A stretch of DNA of 64,000 nucleotides from an uncultured Actinomycetes bacterium (GTDB taxonomy: Bacteria > Actinomycetota > Thermoleophilia > Gaiellales > JAICJC01), in the NCBI GenBank assembly GCA_963708365.1, contig CAVPSM010000011.1:251807-315806 (forward strand). Reading direction: 5' to 3'. The translations under genes were made by a program, and so were the position numbers. Position 1 is the first letter of the stretch; each line of letters begins with the position of its first letter. The notes beneath the pieces were generated by a model. That model saw only the letters and a program-made list of their open reading frames with translations. It was not told the origin of the DNA and ran no database searches. Below, piece by piece: positions 45,475-55,142 of this stretch.

Positions 45475-46412
45475 GTCCGCCCCTCGTAGATCTCGGAGAT
45501 GACCTGCTCGAGCGGCGGATCGACCACCGAGATGTCGGCGATCGAGAAGCCGTCCAGCAGCTCGTCGAGCACCTCCCGCACCGACAGGCGGCGGGTGTCC
45601 ACGACCAGGCTGTACACGGTGTCGGACTCCGGCGTCACCTGGACGCCCTCGATCGCCAGCGTCCCCGGCGCATCCTCGAAGCGCACCTCGAGCAGCTTCG
45701 TCTGCAGCAGCGAGCGCCTCATCCGCGCCACCTGGTCGTCGTAGATGATCGTTCCGTGGTTGATCACGACGACGCGGTCGGCCACGTGCTCGATGTCGGC
45801 CACGTCGTGCGAGGTCAGGAAGACGGTCGTGCCCTGCTCCTCGTTCAGGCGCACCACCATCTCGCGGAAGCGCTGCTTCGCGATCAGGTCGAGGCCGATG
45901 GTCGGCTCGTCGAGGAAGAGCACCTCCGGCCCGTGGAGCACCGTCGCGGCCAGCTCGCAGCGCATCCGCTGGCCGAGCGAGAGCGAGCGGACCGGCTGGT
46001 CGATCAGATCGGCCGCGTCGAGCAGGGCGGCCAGCTCGTCGGTGCGGCGGCGGGCGTCGTCGGCATCCAGCCGGTAGATCCGCGCCAGCAGGTGCAGCGT
46101 CTGCCGGGTGGTGAGCTCGAACCAGAGCTGGGAGCGCTGGCCGAAGAGCGTGCCGATGCGGCGGGCGAGCTCGCGCCGCTGCGTCCACGGCACCAGCCCG
46201 AGCACCTCCGCGTCGCCCCGCGTCGGGTGCAGGATGCCGGTGAGCATCTTGATCGAGGTCGACTTGCCGGCCCCGTTCGGCCCGATGTAGGCGAGCCGCT
46301 CGCCTCGCTCGACCGAGAACGTGATGTCGCGCACGGCCTCGACGCGGCGGCGGTCACGGCCGCGGCCGGCGGTGAATTCCTTCGAGAGCTCGTGGGTGGA
46401 GATGGCAAGCAT
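45471..46412 (-). CDS. ABC exporter ATP-binding protein
   Basis: GPNGAGKST, FGQRSQLW, LSLGQRMR and LFLDEPTIGLD motifs. Confidence 0.92.
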   Translation of the reverse strand: MLAISTHELSKEFTAGRGRDRRRVEAVRDITFSVERGERLAYIGPNGAGKSTSIKMLTGILHPTRGDAEVLGLVPWTQRRELARRIGTLFGQRSQLWFELTTRQTLHLLARIYRLDADDARRRTDELAALLDAADLIDQPVRSLSLGQRMRCELAATVLHGPEVLFLDEPTIGLDLIAKQRFREMVVRLNEEQGTTVFLTSHDVADIEHVADRVVVINHGTIIYDDQVARMRRSLLQTKLLEVRFEDAPGTLAIEGVQVTPESDTVYSLVVDTRRLSVREVLDELLDGFSIADISVVDPPLEQVISEIYEGRT

Positions 46413-46424
46413 GGAGTTCGGTCC

Positions 46425-46452
46425 AACAAAAAGCCCCGGTGGGTCCCGGGGC
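46425..46452 (-). terminator. Intrinsic terminator in the 5' leader (attenuator)
   Basis: GCCCCGG-GACCCA-CCGGGGC-TTTTTGTT ends about 12 nt before the ABC ATG. Confidence 0.8.
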
Positions 46453-46483
46453 GGCGGCGGTGCAGAGATGATGCGAGATCGAT

Positions 46484-46558
46484 CTAGTGCGCGCGACGCC
46501 CCGACCCGGCGGGGTATGCCGGGCGCATGACCTTCGTCGTGTGGGTGCGACACGTCAT
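46484..46558 (-). CDS. Putative leader peptide (24 aa)
   Basis: MTCRTHTTKVMRPAYPAGSGRRAH, located between the promoter and the terminator hairpin. Confidence 0.65.
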   Translation of the reverse strand: MTCRTHTTKVMRPAYPAGSGRRAH

Positions 46559-46565
46559 CGCGACC

Positions 46566-46595
46566 ACGATAGCCGCATCCCGACGGGATACGCAA
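46566..46595 (-). promoter_or_regulatory. Sigma-70-type promoter for a leaderless leader-peptide transcript
   Basis: TTGCGT-N18-TATCGT-N7-ATG. Confidence 0.6.
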
Positions 46596-46626
46596 TGAAT
46601 AAAAGGGGTCTGACCCCGTTTATTCA
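46596..46626. repeat. REP-like palindrome, copy 3
   Basis: TGAATAAAAGGGGTC-T-GACCCCGTTTATTCA, 30/31 identical to copy 1. Confidence 0.85.
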
Positions 46627-47195
46627 GGCAGCTGGGGGCGGAGGGCCGCGGCGGCGCGGGCGCGGTGCGACATGGCGTCCTTCTCCTCGGGCGCCATCTC
46701 GGCCACGGTGCGCGTCTCGCCGTCGGGCACGAACGCCGGGTCGTAGCCGAAGCCGCCGCTCCCGCGCGGGGCGAGGGCGAGCGTGCCGGTCAGCTCGCCG
46801 CGGGCCTGCAGCTCCGCCCCGTCCGGGGCGATCGCGACCAGCTCGGCCACGTAGCGGACGCGGCGGTCGTCTCGGCCCGCGAGCGCGGCCAGGAGCTTGG
46901 CCAGGTTCTGCTCGTCCGTCGCGTCCTCGCCCGCGTAGCGGGCCGAGCGCACACCGGGGATCCCGCCGAGCGCGGCAGCCTCGATGCCGGAGTCGTCGGC
47001 CAGCACCCACTCGCCGCGGCCGATCGCCTCGTGCACGTGCCGCGCCTTGAGCAGCGCGTTCGCGACGAACGTCTCGCCCGTCTCCTCCGGCAGCCCGCCG
47101 CCGTACGGCTGCACGTCCCAGCCGGGCAGCACCCGGGCCAGCTCGACGGCCTTGTGCGCGTTCCCGGACGCGAGCACGATCCGGCGGCCGCTCAC
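46620..47195 (-). CDS. rdgB: Non-canonical purine NTP pyrophosphatase (Ham1 family)
   Basis: ASGNAHK, EETGETF, ADDSG, PGVRSARY, GFGYDP and SHR motifs. Confidence 0.93.
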   Translation of the reverse strand: MSGRRIVLASGNAHKAVELARVLPGWDVQPYGGGLPEETGETFVANALLKARHVHEAIGRGEWVLADDSGIEAAALGGIPGVRSARYAGEDATDEQNLAKLLAALAGRDDRRVRYVAELVAIAPDGAELQARGELTGTLALAPRGSGGFGYDPAFVPDGETRTVAEMAPEEKDAMSHRARAAAALRPQLPE

Positions 47196-47914
47196 GCCTC
47201 CTGCAGCACCCGGGTCTGCTCGCGGCCGATCGCCTCGATGCCACCAGCCGCCAGCTCCAGCAGGCGATCGAGCGAGGCCCGGCCGAACGGCGTCCGCTCC
47301 GCCGTCGCCTGCACCTCGATCAGCTCGCCCGACCCGGTCATGACGACGTTCATGTCCACCTCAGCGCGGCTGTCCTCGGCGTAGGGCAGGTCGAGCAGCG
47401 GCTCCCCGTCGACGATCCCCACCGACACCGCGGCGACCGAGTCGCGCAGCGGCACGCGCGGAAGCGCGCCCTTGCCGACGAGTCGCGAGAGCGCCAGATG
47501 CAGGGCCGCGTAGCCGCCGCAGATGGCTGCGCAGCGGGTGCCGCCGTCGGCCTGGATGACGTCGCAGTCGATCCAGGCGGTGCGCTCGCCGAGCGCCTTG
47601 AAGTCGACCACCGAGCGCAGCGACCGGCCTACCAGGCGCTGGATCTCGACGGTGCGCCCGTCGACCCGGCCGCGGCTCGCGTCGCGCGACTTCCGCTCCG
47701 ACGTCGAGCCCGGCAGCATGCCGTACTCGGAGGTGACCCAGCCGGTGCCGCGACCACGCATCCACGGCGGCACGGACTCCTCGATCATCGCGGTGCAGAT
47801 CAGCCGGGTCGAGCCGATCCGGAAGAGCGCGGAGCCGGACGCCGACGGGATGAAGTCGAGCTCGATCTCGACGGGGCGCAGCTCGTTGGCCGCGCGGCCG
47901 TCGCCGCGACTCAC
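47192..47914 (-). CDS. rph: Ribonuclease PH
   Basis: GWVTSEYGMLP, EIQRLVGRSLR, QADGGTR and DMNVV motifs. Confidence 0.95.
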   Translation of the reverse strand: MSRGDGRAANELRPVEIELDFIPSASGSALFRIGSTRLICTAMIEESVPPWMRGRGTGWVTSEYGMLPGSTSERKSRDASRGRVDGRTVEIQRLVGRSLRSVVDFKALGERTAWIDCDVIQADGGTRCAAICGGYAALHLALSRLVGKGALPRVPLRDSVAAVSVGIVDGEPLLDLPYAEDSRAEVDMNVVMTGSGELIEVQATAERTPFGRASLDRLLELAAGGIEAIGREQTRVLQEA

Positions 47915-48735
47915 GCGGCCACCCGCAGGGCATCGGCGTCGACGCGCTCGACCTCGGTCAAGGGCAGCTGCAGGAACCGGCCCGCCACGTCGCGGAACGC
48001 CGTCGGATCGCCGGTGCAGAGGAAGCGGTAGTCGCCTTCGCGGGCCGGGTCGTTGCCGACGCCGCGGCGGGCAATCGTCTCTGCCACCTCGCGGGCGATC
48101 TCCTCGGCCGAGGTGATCAGCGTGACGTCGCGGCCGAAGATGCGCTGGAGCATCTGCCGGATCAGCGGGTAGTGCGTGCAGCCGAGGATGACGGTGTCGG
48201 CTCCGGCCAGCTTGAGCGGCGCCGCGTAGGCCTTGGCCGCCTCGTGCAGGTCGTGGCCGTGCGTGTCGCCGGTCTGGATCAGCGGCACGAGCTCGGGGCA
48301 CGGCACCTGGGTGACCTCGATGCCGGCGTCGAGCGCGTGCACCGCCGCCGGATAGCGGCCGCTCGTCACGGTCGCCTGGGTCGCCATCACGCCGACGCGG
48401 CGGTTGTGGGTGACCTGCACCGCCGCACGCGCCTCGGGTGCGATCACACCGATCAGCGGCACGGCGAACTCGCGCTGCAGCTCGGGCAGCGCCGCCGACG
48501 TGGCCGCGTTGCAGGCCACGACGACGAGCTTCGTATCGAGCGCGGACAGATGTGTGGCGATCTCGTGGGCGAAGCGACGGATCGTCGCCGCCGGCTTCGG
48601 GCCGTACGGAAATCGGTCGGGCGAGGAGTCGCCGAAGTAGACGAAATCCTCGTGCGGCAGCGTCACGAGGCACTCGTGGAGCACCGTCAGGCCGCCGACG
48701 CCGGAGTCGAACATCCCGATGGGGCGCGGATCCAT
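47911..48735 (-). CDS. murI: Glutamate racemase
   Basis: FDSGVGGLTV, PYG, VACNAAT and LGCTHYP motifs. Confidence 0.95.
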   Translation of the reverse strand: MDPRPIGMFDSGVGGLTVLHECLVTLPHEDFVYFGDSSPDRFPYGPKPAATIRRFAHEIATHLSALDTKLVVVACNAATSAALPELQREFAVPLIGVIAPEARAAVQVTHNRRVGVMATQATVTSGRYPAAVHALDAGIEVTQVPCPELVPLIQTGDTHGHDLHEAAKAYAAPLKLAGADTVILGCTHYPLIRQMLQRIFGRDVTLITSAEEIAREVAETIARRGVGNDPAREGDYRFLCTGDPTAFRDVAGRFLQLPLTEVERVDADALRVAA

Positions 48736-48790
48736 GGGCGCATACTATGGGCGCCGTCCGACGGCGGCGCCTGGATACAATCGCCGCCAG

Positions 48791-50647
48791 ATGGTCGATC
48801 TGATCCCCCGCGACGTCCTGTTCGGAAACCCGGAGCGGCTCGCTCCGGCGGTGTCTCCGGATGGGCAGCGGCTGGCGCACATCGCACCGGCGGACGGAAT
48901 TCTGAACGTGTGGGTGGGGCCGCTCGGCGGCGAGGGCGCCAAGCAGGTGTCGCACGATCGCGAGCGGGGTGTGCGCGGCTTCGCCTGGTGCATGGACAAC
49001 CGCCACATCGTCTACCCCCAGGACACGGGCGGCGACGAGAACTGGCACCTGCGCCTGGTCGACCCCGACGAGGGCACCGACGTCGACGTGACGCCGTTCG
49101 ACGGCGTCCAGGCCCGCATCATGGCCGGCGACCGCGACCAGCCGCACCTGATCATGGTCGGCCTGAACCGCGACAACCCGGAGCTGCACGACGCCTACGT
49201 GCTCGACGTCCGCGACGGCTCGCTGGAGCTGGCGGCGAAGAACCCGGGGTTCGTCAGCTGGCTGGTCGACCGGCAGCTGAACGTCCGCGGCGGCATCGCC
49301 TTCCTGGCGGACGGCGGCGCGGAGATCCGGGTCGGTGACCCGGCCACCGGTGAGTACCGCACGCTCCTCGCCGTCGGCGCCGGCGACGCGATCACGACCG
49401 ACGTGGTCGGCTTCACGCACGACGGCACCGCCGTGTACCTGGTGACGTCGAAGGACGCGAACGCGGCCCGGCTCCTGCGCATGGACGTCGAGACCGGCGA
49501 TTTCGAGGTGCTGGCCGAAGACCCGATCTACGACGTGTCCGACGTCGAGATCGACCCCGACACGCACGAGGTGCAGGTGGTGACCTTCACGCGCGAGCGG
49601 GCGGATCACGTGGTGCTCGACGAGTCGCTGCGCGCCGACCTCGACGCGATGCGGAAGCTGCACGCCGGCGACCTGCACTTCAGCGGCCGCGACCACGCAG
49701 ACCGCATCTGGATCCTCGGCTTCACCGCCGACGACGGCCCGGTCGCCTATTACGCGTTCGACCGCACGACCGGCCGGGGGACGTTCCTGTTCGCGCACAA
49801 GCCCGACCTCGAGGCGTACACGTTGGCAGCGATGGAGCCGTTCTCGTTCACCTCCCGCGACAGGCTCGACGTGCATGGGTACCTGACGTTCCCGCCCGGC
49901 TCGGACCGGTCGCAGGTGGCGACCGTGCTGTTCGTGCACGGCGGCCCCTGGGCGCGCGACGAGTGGGGCTTCAGCCCCGACCCGCAGTGGCTCGCGAACC
50001 GCGGCTACCTGTGCGTGCAGGTGAACTACCGCGGCTCGACCGGCTACGGCAAGGACTTCCTGAACGCGGGCGACCGCGAATGGGGCGCGCGCATGCACGA
50101 CGACCTACTCGACGCGGTGGAGTGGGTGGTCGGCGAGGGGTACGCCGATCGCGACCGGATCGCGATCTACGGCGGCTCCTACGGCGGGTACGCCGCGCTC
50201 GTCGGCGCCACCTTCTCGCCCGATGCCTTCCGCTGCGCGATCGACGTCGTCGGCCCGTCCGACCTGCGCACGCTGATCCGCAGCATCCCGCCCTACTGGG
50301 CGCCGCTCGTGGCCCAGTTCCACCAGCGGGTCGGGAATCCCGACACCGAGCCCGACTTCCTGTGGTCGCGCTCGCCGCTTTCGCGCGTCGACGCCATCCG
50401 CATCCCGATGCTGATCGCACAGGGAGCGAACGACCCGCGGGTGAAGAAGGAGGAGTCCGAGCAGATCGTGGCGGCGATGACCCAGCGCGGCATCCCCCAC
50501 CGCTACCTCGTGTTCGAGGACGAGGGTCACGGATTCCGCAAGCCCGAGAACAACCTGGCGTTCCACGCGGCCGCCGAGGAGTTCCTGGCGGAGCACCTGG
50601 GCGGACGGCTCGAGCCCGCCCACGCCGACGAAGGGATCGCCACATGA
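48791..50647 (+). CDS. S9 family (prolyl oligopeptidase-like) peptidase
   Basis: VHGGPW, NYRGSTGYG, GGSYGGY, NDPRV and DEGHG motifs. Confidence 0.93.
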   Translation: MVDLIPRDVLFGNPERLAPAVSPDGQRLAHIAPADGILNVWVGPLGGEGAKQVSHDRERGVRGFAWCMDNRHIVYPQDTGGDENWHLRLVDPDEGTDVDVTPFDGVQARIMAGDRDQPHLIMVGLNRDNPELHDAYVLDVRDGSLELAAKNPGFVSWLVDRQLNVRGGIAFLADGGAEIRVGDPATGEYRTLLAVGAGDAITTDVVGFTHDGTAVYLVTSKDANAARLLRMDVETGDFEVLAEDPIYDVSDVEIDPDTHEVQVVTFTRERADHVVLDESLRADLDAMRKLHAGDLHFSGRDHADRIWILGFTADDGPVAYYAFDRTTGRGTFLFAHKPDLEAYTLAAMEPFSFTSRDRLDVHGYLTFPPGSDRSQVATVLFVHGGPWARDEWGFSPDPQWLANRGYLCVQVNYRGSTGYGKDFLNAGDREWGARMHDDLLDAVEWVVGEGYADRDRIAIYGGSYGGYAALVGATFSPDAFRCAIDVVGPSDLRTLIRSIPPYWAPLVAQFHQRVGNPDTEPDFLWSRSPLSRVDAIRIPMLIAQGANDPRVKKEESEQIVAAMTQRGIPHRYLVFEDEGHGFRKPENNLAFHAAAEEFLAEHLGGRLEPAHADEGIAT

Positions 50648-51743
50648 CGGACGCCTGGTACGACCCGGCCCACTTCCCCGAGCTACGCGAGAAGCCGCCG
50701 TGGGTGATGCAGGAGATGATCGAGAGCGAGCCCGCGCTGGTCGAGCGCATCGTCGGCTCCTGCGATCCCGCCGCCCTCGCCCTGCTCTGCAAGGGCCCCG
50801 GGCCACTGGCGATCGTCGGCTGCGGGACGAGCGAGCACGGGTCGCTGGGCGTCGCCGAGATGCTGCGCGAGGCAGGGCTGTCCGCCCTCACCCGCGACGG
50901 CCTCGAGGCGGCACTCGAGCCGCAGACCGGCGGCGCCGTGATCGGCGTCTCCCACGAGGGCGGCACCTGGGCGACGATCCAGGCGCTGACCGCGGCGCAG
51001 GCGAACGGCTCCGCCACCGGCCTCATCACCGCGCAGCCCGAATCGGAGTCGACCCGCCACGCCGATTCGGTGCTGGCGACGCCCGAGGTCGACCGGTCGT
51101 GGTGCCACACGGTTGGCTACATCTCCCCGCTCTCGGCCGGCTACGCCCTTGCGGCGGCCGCGTCCGGTGGCTCGGCTGACGCGGCGGCGACCGGCCGCCT
51201 CGTCGCCGCCGGCTTCGAATCCGGGGCGGCCGCGAAGGCCGCCGCCGCGCGCCTGCACGGCTGCTCCCGGCTGCTCATCGCCGGCAGCGGCGCCGACCGC
51301 ACCAGCGCCCGCGAGCTGACGCTGAAGATCGAGGAGGCGTGCCACCTGCCGACAGCGATGCGGAACCTCGAGACGCTGCTCCACGGACACCTGCCCGGCC
51401 ACCGACGAGACCACCGGCGTCGTCATCGTCCTGTGCGACCGCCGGGCGACGAGGGCCGCGGACGGCCCGCGCCCGCACGGCGCTCCAGGCCTGCGCCCGC
51501 ATCGGCATCGCCTGCGCGGTGATCACGACCGACCCCGGCCTGGCCGACCTGGCCCCAGCCGGCGTGCTGGTCGTGCCCGAGGCGGCCGGCCTGCCGGCCG
51601 CGGCGGCGGCCCTGCTCGGCGCGGCCGTACCGCTCCAGCTGCTGACGCTCGAGCTCGCCCACGCCCGCGGGACGAACCCCGACCTGATCCGGCGCGAGCA
51701 GGCCCCCTATCGCGAGGCCGCGAAGATCGTCGAGGGCGGATGA
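50644..51743 (+). CDS. Double-SIS domain protein (GlmS/FrlB-like sugar-amine isomerase or deglycase); frameshifted near 51400-51470
   Basis: EMIESEP, GCGTSEH, SHEGGT, SWCHTVGY, LKIEE, LLHGH and GTNPD motifs. Confidence 0.75.
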
Positions 51744-52459
51744 GCCTGCGCGCCCTCCACATCGTCAACGAGCCGAGCGGGCCCGGCGGGCTCTTCCTGC
51801 CGTCGCTCGAGAGCCGCGGCTTCGTCATCGACTCGGTCGACACCGCCCAGACGCCGCTCCCCGACACGCTCGCCGGTTACGACGCGGTCATCTCCTGCGG
51901 AGGCACGGCGAACACGCACGAGACCGACGTCTACCCGTGGATCGACCCCGAGATCGACCTGCTCCGCGAGGCGCTGCGCGACGAGGTCCCCGTGATCGGG
52001 CTCTGTCTGGGCGCGCAGCTGCTGACGAAGGCTGCCGGCGGCAGCGTGTACCACTGCGACCCGTCCGAGGTCGGGTGGGTCGAGGTGGAGACGAACGCCG
52101 CCGCCTCGGCGGACGCGGTGCTGGCCGACGTGCCGGACTCGTTCATGGCCATGCAGTGGCATCGCTACGCCTGCGAGCTCCCACCGGCCGCCGTCGAGCT
52201 GGGCCGAAACGGCACCTGCCTGCAGGCGTTCCGGCTCGGCGAGACGGCCTGGGGCACCCAGTTCCACATCGAGGTGACGCGCGAGATCCTGCTCGCATGG
52301 GCGCGCTGGGGCGGTGAGGATCTCGCCGCCGCCGGCTACACCCAGGAGCGCTACATGGAGGAGCTCGAGCGCAACCTGGACCGGCACGAGGAGATCGGCC
52401 GGGGCATGGCCGAGCGCTTCGCCGAGCTCGCCGCGACGCGCGCCCGCACCGCCGCCTGA
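51740..52459 (+). CDS. Type 1 glutamine amidotransferase
   Basis: GLCLGAQLL, QWH and QFHIE motifs. Confidence 0.88.
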   Translation: MSLRALHIVNEPSGPGGLFLPSLESRGFVIDSVDTAQTPLPDTLAGYDAVISCGGTANTHETDVYPWIDPEIDLLREALRDEVPVIGLCLGAQLLTKAAGGSVYHCDPSEVGWVEVETNAAASADAVLADVPDSFMAMQWHRYACELPPAAVELGRNGTCLQAFRLGETAWGTQFHIEVTREILLAWARWGGEDLAAAGYTQERYMEELERNLDRHEEIGRGMAERFAELAATRARTAA

Positions 52460-52551
52460 GCCGTCCAGATGGGGCAGGCCGGTCGCTTTACTCCGACCGG
52501 CCCACGGTCTAGTGTCGCGCAGAACTAAGTCGACCCCCAAAAGGAGGGCGA

Positions 52552-54171
52552 ATGAGCGTCGATCCGGGAGCGGGTGGAGGAGGGCCTCCGACCGCGGCTC
52601 CGCACCTGTCGGAGGACGAACAGACCCTGCACCGGCTCGGGTACGCGCAGGAGCTCCTGCGCGGATGGGGCGGGTTCTCGAACTTCGCGATCTCGTTCAC
52701 CATTATCTCGATCCTTGCCGGCTGCCTGACCTCGTACTACATCGCGATCGGGTGGGGCGGCCCGGTCGCCGTAACGTGGGGCTGGCTGATCGTCGGCGGC
52801 TTCTGCGTCCTGGTCTCGCTCGCGATGGGCGAGATCGCCTCGACCTACCCGACGGCGGGCGGCCTGTACTACTGGTCGTCGCGGCTCGGCAGCCCTGCCT
52901 GGGGCTGGTTCACGGGCTGGTTCAACCTCGTCGGCCAGATCGCCGTCACGGCGGCGATCGACTTCGGCGCGGCGACCTTCATCTCGTCGCTGATGCACCT
53001 GTGGTTCGGCTACTCGCTGAGCAAGGGCCACGTGTTCCTCACCTACACGGTGATCGTCGCCCTCCACGGCCTGATCAACACGTTCCTGCCGCGCCTGCTG
53101 GCGATGATCAACAACATCTCCGCCTGGTGGCACATGGGCGGAGTGCTCGTGATCGTGGGCGTGCTGATCGTCGTCCCCGACCACCACAAGTCGCTCAGCT
53201 TCGTGTTCACCGACACGGAGAACTTCTCCGGCTTCCAGGGGCACGGGTTCGCGAACCCGGTGTTCTGGTTCGTGTTCGGCCTGGGCCTGCTGATGGCCCA
53301 GTACACGATCACGGGATACGACGCCTCGGCGCACATGAGCGAGGAGACGCGCAACGCGTCACGGTCGGCCGCGATCGGCATGGTCATGTCGGTCGTGGTC
53401 TCGGTGATCTTCGGGTTCATCCTGCTGGTCGCCGTGACGTTCGCGATCCCGGGCCCGGTGTCCAACACCGCCCTGCAGTACGGGTTCGCGGTGCAGTACA
53501 TCTGGCAGACGGCCATGAGCGACAAATGGGCCGAGTTCCTGCTGGTGATCGCCTGCGTGGCCCAGTTCTTCTGCGGCCTCGCGTCGGTGACGTCGGCATC
53601 GCGGATGATGTTCGCGTTCTCGCGTGACCGGGCCATCCCGGGGCACCACCTGTGGCGCAAGGTGTCGGCCAAGGAGCGCGTGCCGGTGAACTCGATCTGG
53701 GCGATCTGCTTCCTGTCGTGGGCGCTGATGCTGCCGACGCTGAAGAACCCGATCGTCGGCTACGCGGTTGGTACCTCGATCGCCGTCATCGGCCTGTACA
53801 TCGCCTTCGTCCTCCCGATCATCCTGCGCTACCGCGCGAAGGACAAGTTCGAGACGGGCGCCTGGCATCTGGGCAAGCACTACAAGTGGATCGACCCGCT
53901 GGCGATCCTGTGGATCGCGCTGATCTGCATCCTGTTCCTGCTGCCGCTCTTCCCGGACGGCATCCCGGGCAAGGCGTCCGGCAACCACTTCCTGCTCGAC
54001 GTCAACTGGATCGACGTGAACTACGCACCGCTGACGGTGGGCGCGGCGTTCCTGTTCTTCGGCGGCTGGTGGGTGCTCTCCGCCAAGAACTGGTTCAAGG
54101 GCCCGGTGCGGATGGGCTCCGAGGAGGAGCTCGAGCAGATCGAGGCCGGTCTGGCGGGCAGCGGCGACTGA
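52552..54171 (+). CDS. APC amino acid/polyamine permease
   Basis: LGYAQEL, FSNFAISF, PTAGGLYYW and GYDASAHMSEET motifs; AAGGAGG RBS. Confidence 0.92.
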   Translation: MSVDPGAGGGGPPTAAPHLSEDEQTLHRLGYAQELLRGWGGFSNFAISFTIISILAGCLTSYYIAIGWGGPVAVTWGWLIVGGFCVLVSLAMGEIASTYPTAGGLYYWSSRLGSPAWGWFTGWFNLVGQIAVTAAIDFGAATFISSLMHLWFGYSLSKGHVFLTYTVIVALHGLINTFLPRLLAMINNISAWWHMGGVLVIVGVLIVVPDHHKSLSFVFTDTENFSGFQGHGFANPVFWFVFGLGLLMAQYTITGYDASAHMSEETRNASRSAAIGMVMSVVVSVIFGFILLVAVTFAIPGPVSNTALQYGFAVQYIWQTAMSDKWAEFLLVIACVAQFFCGLASVTSASRMMFAFSRDRAIPGHHLWRKVSAKERVPVNSIWAICFLSWALMLPTLKNPIVGYAVGTSIAVIGLYIAFVLPIILRYRAKDKFETGAWHLGKHYKWIDPLAILWIALICILFLLPLFPDGIPGKASGNHFLLDVNWIDVNYAPLTVGAAFLFFGGWWVLSAKNWFKGPVRMGSEEELEQIEAGLAGSGD

Positions 54172-54190
54172 CCGAAGCGGCCGGCGGTAC

Positions 54191-54223
54191 CCCGCCAGGA
54201 GGGGTCAGACCCCTTCTGGCGGG
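54191..54223. repeat. REP-like palindrome, copy 4
   Basis: CCCGCCAGGAGGGGTC-A-GACCCCTTCTGGCGGG. Confidence 0.78.
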
Positions 54224-55116
54224 CCGCAGCCCTCGTTCTTCGCGGCATCGAGCGCCCGCGTGACGAACTCCGTCTTCGCGCCGGAGTAGCCCAGCCTGTC
54301 TGCGCCGTACCGCTCCGCGAGCCCGCGCTTGAGGACCGCGTATTCCTGCGCCGTCCAGGGGTCGCCACGCAGGCGGTCGCGAAAGCGGACGTGGTTGGTG
54401 TGGGGGTCGTTGCCCTCGACGACGACGCAGACGTGGTGCTCCGGCGCGCCGGTCGGCCACAGGAACGCCTCACAACCCTTCACCCCCTTGTCGCCCTGGT
54501 ACACGTACCCGAGCGCGCAGAGGCGCTCGATGGCGGCCGGCACATCGGCGGCCGAGCTGACGGCAACGTCGATGTCGATGATCGGCTTGGCCGCGAGCCC
54601 CGGGACCGACGTGCTGCCGACGTGCTCGACCCGCGCGCCGAGCCCCGCGACCGCCGCCACGAGGGGTTGGGCGAGGCGCTCGAAGAGGGCGGGCCATCCG
54701 GCGTCGTAGTCGCTGACGACGATCGCCGAGCGGGGCGGCGGCGTCCGCGCAAGGATCTCGGCGACGGTCTGCTCCGGCGTTATCGTCGCCGCGTCCAGCC
54801 ACATGCCGACCCGCGGTCCCGCGCCCGCCGTGAGCGCATCGGCGGACGGAACCAGGACGACGACGTGGCACGGCCTGCTCCGGATCATCGTCCGGTAGTC
54901 GCCGAGCCGCGCGCCTGCGCCGACGTCCTCGAGCACGACGCTGAAGCCGTCCTCGGCGTATGTGTCCGCGGCGGCCGCGGCCAGCCGGTGGCTCGCGTAC
55001 GAGTCCCCCTGCAGATGGACGCCGCGCCGGAGCCGCGATGCGAGCAGACGGGCGGCGGTCGATTTGGCGGCGGACGCCGGGCCGGCGATCAGGTAGACGA
55101 CGGGCTCCTGCTGCAC
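54205..55116 (-). CDS. P-loop kinase-like domain fused to a GrpB (UPF0157) nucleotidyltransferase-fold domain
   Basis: LIAGPASAAKST at the N-terminus; HVGSTSVPGLAAKPIIDI, FRDRLR and YSGAK GrpB motifs. Confidence 0.8.
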   Translation of the reverse strand: MQQEPVVYLIAGPASAAKSTAARLLASRLRRGVHLQGDSYASHRLAAAAADTYAEDGFSVVLEDVGAGARLGDYRTMIRSRPCHVVVLVPSADALTAGAGPRVGMWLDAATITPEQTVAEILARTPPPRSAIVVSDYDAGWPALFERLAQPLVAAVAGLGARVEHVGSTSVPGLAAKPIIDIDVAVSSAADVPAAIERLCALGYVYQGDKGVKGCEAFLWPTGAPEHHVCVVVEGNDPHTNHVRFRDRLRGDPWTAQEYAVLKRGLAERYGADRLGYSGAKTEFVTRALDAAKNEGCGPPEGV

Positions 55117-55142
55117 GGGGCGAGCATAGGCCCGGAGCCGCG

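Noticed and set aside
52478-52503. GGCCGGTCG/CGACCGGCC hairpin before the permease as a riboswitch
   Set aside because: It is a single stem with no recognisable aptamer consensus and could be a simple terminator or operator.
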